A DNA stretch of 64,000 bases, from NCBI GenBank assembly GCA_041640815.1, contig JBEPZO010000003.1, forward strand, positions 21 to 64,020, read 5' to 3'. Below the pieces are notes generated by a model. It was not told the origin of the DNA. It ran no database searches and saw only the letters and a program-made list of their open reading frames with translations. The position numbers were made by a program, and so were the translations under genes. Below are positions 63,120 to 64,000 of the stretch, piece after piece. Origin of the DNA: Thiobacillaceae bacterium (GTDB lineage: Bacteria; Pseudomonadota; Gammaproteobacteria; Burkholderiales; Thiobacillaceae). How positions within the stretch are numbered: the first letter of the stretch is position 1; the number at the start of each line of letters is the position of its first letter.

Positions 63120-64000
63120 GTGCCTGACCTCGACAACATCCAACAATTGCGCGCACTCCTCTTCGAGATCAGCCTAACACTTGGGCAAGGGCTATTAGAG
63201 GAGGAGGAGATCCACCGTTTCCTCGCTGCCGTCTGTGATTACCTTACGCCAAAGGCTTGTGCAGTTGGCCAACTGCGTGCTGACGGCGGCTGGCAGCTTT
63301 ACAGTCATCCGCGCGAGCATGCCTGGTCTGACTGGTCCGAGCTGATGACCGCTGGACCCAGCCAGCTCTCTGGGCTACCCCCCGAGTCCTTTTGGAGTGT
63401 GGGGCGCGCTGAAGAGGGTACCATCCATCTCTGGCCATTGGACGATTTCGGTGTATTTGCCATGCACGTCATAAGGCCGTTGGACCCGGCGATGCTAATG
63501 GAGGTCGCGCGGCTACTGACGCGTTTTAAGTGGTCTTTGGCCGCATGCCGTCACCACGCCTGGGTGACAGAGTTAGTTTTGGCCCAGCGGGTAAGTAACC
63601 GAGTTTTCGAATTCATGCCGCAAGCCATGGTTTTCTGCGACGCTGACAATCGTATCGTCGATATCAACCCGGCCTTCACGCAGGTGACCGGCTACCGCCG
63701 CGAGGAGGTAGTAGGGCAATCTCCCAAGCTACTGTCATCAGGTCGTCACGACCAGGCCTTCTACGCGGCCATGTGGCAAAACATCAAAAGCAAGGGCTAT
63801 TGGCAAGGGGAGATCTGGAACCGGCGTAAAGACGGCAGCATCTACCCCGAAATCCTCACCATCGTCGCCATCCCCAACGAGGCGGGTGAGATCGAGCGCT
63901 ATGTCGGGCTGTTCCAGGACATCAGCGAGCTGAAGGCGAAAACAGCAGAGCTTGAGTCCTTACATGACCAGCTAAAGCAGAATAACGCCTACTTACAAGC
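63120..64000 (+). CDS. Partial CDS (3' end leaves the window): signalling protein with an uncharacterised N-terminal domain followed by a PAS domain
   Basis: Absent from the ORF track because it is open at the edge. The GTG at 63120 is the first start after an in-frame TAA. PAS core: FMPQAMVFCDADNRIVDINPAFTQVTGYRREEVVGQSPKLLSSGRHDQAFYAAMWQNI..GYWQGEIWNRRKDGSIYPE..I..I......YVGLFQDISELK, followed by a coiled-coil linker. Confidence 0.7.
   Translation, partial: MPDLDNIQQLRALLFEISLTLGQGLLEEEEIHRFLAAVCDYLTPKACAVGQLRADGGWQLYSHPREHAWSDWSELMTAGPSQLSGLPPESFWSVGRAEEGTIHLWPLDDFGVFAMHVIRPLDPAMLMEVARLLTRFKWSLAACRHHAWVTELVLAQRVSNRVFEFMPQAMVFCDADNRIVDINPAFTQVTGYRREEVVGQSPKLLSSGRHDQAFYAAMWQNIKSKGYWQGEIWNRRKDGSIYPEILTIVAIPNEAGEIERYVGLFQDISELKAKTAELESLHDQLKQNNAYLQ

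Overview
High-GC proteobacterial chromosome segment. The gene order (hemH-hrcA-nadK-recN-fur-bamE-dapB and leuCDB-asd-usg-fimV-truA-trpFBA-accD-folC-dedD-cvpA-purF-metZ) looks beta- or gammaproteobacterial, and the sulfur genes (fccAB, soxXA) point to a sulfur oxidiser. Most of the window is densely packed housekeeping genes: chaperones and proteases (htpG, DegP-type protease, hrcA), DNA repair (recN, recJ, a LexA-like repressor), aminoacyl-tRNA synthetases (glnS, cysS), and Leu/Trp/purine/folate biosynthesis. I found no rRNA, tRNA, CRISPR array or intact mobile element. Accessory or decayed patches interrupt the core. They are: the left edge (a nuclease-fold coiled-coil gene plus an IS5-type transposase fragment); a visibly AT-richer tetraheme cytochrome c gene; a soxXA islet next to a desaturase remnant; and an RtcA C-terminal remnant. 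The most unusual locus is a translationally coupled two-gene operon at 24.9-27.0 kb. It encodes a four-part fusion protein (N-terminal HTH, coiled coil, plant-type [2Fe-2S] ferredoxin, apparently degenerate FNR-like reductase module) followed by a small ParA/MinD-type ATPase, behind a promoter region very rich in G-runs. A second point of interest is a LexA-like repressor preceded by a perfect 18-bp GAAC-N4-GTTC palindrome, which is the Gram-positive style of SOS box rather than CTGT-N8-ACAG. Three coding regions are missing from the supplied ORF track: two that are open at the window edges and one 52-aa entericidin-like lipoprotein between leuC and leuD. All functional calls come from reading translations and motifs by eye. 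No database search was run.
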